Below are positions 62,251-64,000 of a stretch of 64,000 nucleotides of DNA, in pieces. Position 1 is the first letter of the stretch, and each line of letters begins with the position of its first letter. The stretch comes from Basidiobolus meristosporus CBS 931.73 (Eukaryota > Fungi > Basidiobolomycota). The notes below the pieces were generated by a model that saw nothing but the letters and a program-made list of their open reading frames with translations, made no database searches and had not been told where the DNA came from. Both the position numbers and the translations under genes were made by a program. Where the stretch lies: assembly GCA_002104905.1 (NCBI GenBank), contig MCFE01000011.1, forward strand, positions 62,001 through 126,000, given 5' to 3'.

Positions 62251-64000
62251 TCAATGGCCTTCTCGTATACATTCATGTATGATCTTATTGTAATGAGCTG
62301 CGTACACTTCTCGATTGTGGTTCGCAAGTATCACTAACTTGCGGCTGAGCACTTGGAGCTGCGAAGAAACGTCCTCAATGCCATGGCCAACAAGTTCTCC
62401 GGATAGCGGGAAGTGTCCGGTGGACAAATGCTGCAGAAGTATCTTGGATATACGGCGGGAGAGCAACATATACACAGGATCTTTTGAAGAAAGCGTTTTA
62501 TCAACCATACTACGGATGAGTTCTTGGTTCTCGCGAGTAAGGTTTTTCGAAGAAGAGACTTGAGAGAGTGAATCAATCAACTGAACTGTCAAATTTTCCA
62601 GTATCGTCCCTGGATCCTTTAACAGCACAAATAGACGATCTCTCAGTTTTTCGACCTCAACTGGATTTTTCCTAAACTCTGGCACGATATTTTTGCTTAG
62701 CATCAACAGAGCCGCTACAATAGTGATTGCTTGTGATTCGTTCTGGTACTCATAAAGTCGTTCAACATCCAACGTCAACGTCTCAGGGCAGTTTTCGTGG
62801 TGGATGACGGTCATACTGAAGATTGTGGAGAGAATTGCTTTGTAGTAAACAATGTCGAAACGGATATTGGAGACTTGGCCCCCATGCGTCGGCGACCTCA
62901 AGTCATATGCACATTCGCACAGCCACTTGGTGGTGCGTTCTAAGGTTATCGTCCTGTTGCTCAGAGCCAAGTTGAACTTTTCTTTTTCGTACGCAATACC
63001 GTATTCCTGGATTAACGGATGCAACATGTTCACTTGATAATTGGCTAAATCCAACTTCATATCCTGCAATATCTCTACCAGGCACTGGAATACAGATGCC
63101 AAGTCGGTCATCTTCTGAATATTTCGAATTGCCTGGTCACGTACTGGAGCGCAAATGTCCAACATACTTTCCGTGATAAACTTCATCAGCTTCGGGATGT
63201 CGTAGGTACCAGATTTGAGTTGTTGTGATATAAGCTCGATGTCGATTACATCAGTGAGTAATTCATACATTGGGCTCCATCTAGAAACCAACTCCAAAAG
63301 CCACTAAGATAAGAATGTGAGCAACGTGCACTTGACCTTCATAATAAAGCTCCAACTTACATTCTTTATATCAGCCACCAGCTGTGGAAACCAAAACTCA
63401 TATTTCCCTTGGTTGAATTCTTCACGAATGGTCTCAAAAAAATCTTGGATTGCGACTTCTCGAACTCGCTCCTCAAGGTTGGTGCCCTTTGACATCGTCA
63501 GCTCAAAATCCGGATTAAGCAAAATTTCGTGTGCAAGTTGCTCATTCGTTAGCATCTCTTCATTCGTCAGACCAACAAGGATGTTGCTTATTTGTCTGTC
63601 GATACGCATAACTTGTAGTTTCATAAAGTCGCTTTCCAAAACAAACTCATTTCCAGCTCGAGGCTTAATCAAGGTGTGCGGTTCAGCCATATCCACATCC
63701 CCACATGCTGTAGCATCATGGGTTTTATGACGCTTTTGGAATGATTTATGTTCGCCAAACTCCAATGGCCGCTTCTTCAGCTGCCTTCGGCTATCATGAA
63801 ATGGTCGTTGGTGATAAGTCACTGCAACTGGGTGTTCTTTTGCAGGCATCCAGCATTGATCTTGCTCTAGACAATGAGTAAACCAAGTTACTGAACTCTT
63901 ACTGTCATTCCTTTGCCAAGAATCAAAAACCTGGTAATATATTTCAAGATTTTCAATAAATATTTTCAACGAGAGAAATCCCTCGGGATTAAAATATTTC
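62251..64000 (-). CDS. TCP11/SOK1-family protein, 5'-partial (continues beyond window)
   Basis: LAHEILLNPDFEL, ELLTDVIDIELISQQL, CAPVRD, MKLDLANY, PETLTLDVERL; one intron near 63300-63360. Confidence 0.9.

Overview
Eukaryotic, intron-containing DNA, most likely from an early-diverging (zygomycete-grade) fungus; this taxon assignment is inferred from protein similarity and short introns. Two gene-dense flanks enclose a ~42 kb island of nested, decayed, strongly CpG-depleted transposons (~18.0-59.85 kb). The left flank (1-~17.5 kb) holds a YwqG/DUF1963-like gene, DUF1279/FAM210, a TBRG1-like FYRN/FYRC gene, NDK, a copine-type C2 gene, frequenin/NCS-1 and an ankyrin-CCCH gene. The right flank (~60.2-64 kb) holds an Env7/STK16 kinase and a TCP11/SOK1-like gene. 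The island contains two Ty1/copia families, a chromodomain Ty3/gypsy, several solo LTRs with target-site duplications, many fragments of a CACTA/EnSpm (tnp2) family and a 734-bp foldback MITE. The standout is a ~2.3 kb intronless, CpG-rich, G-poor insert (~25372-27707) encoding an open 764-aa MutS core/ATPase fused to a C-terminal HNH nuclease. This is the MutS7 architecture known from giant viruses, Epsilonproteobacteria and octocoral mitochondria. The gene is 5'-truncated, carries an in-frame 33-bp x8 repeat, and sits inside a dead CACTA transposase whose reading frame rejoins if the insert is removed. No other viral hallmark gene was seen in the window. TE fragment boundaries are approximate unless a TSD is quoted.
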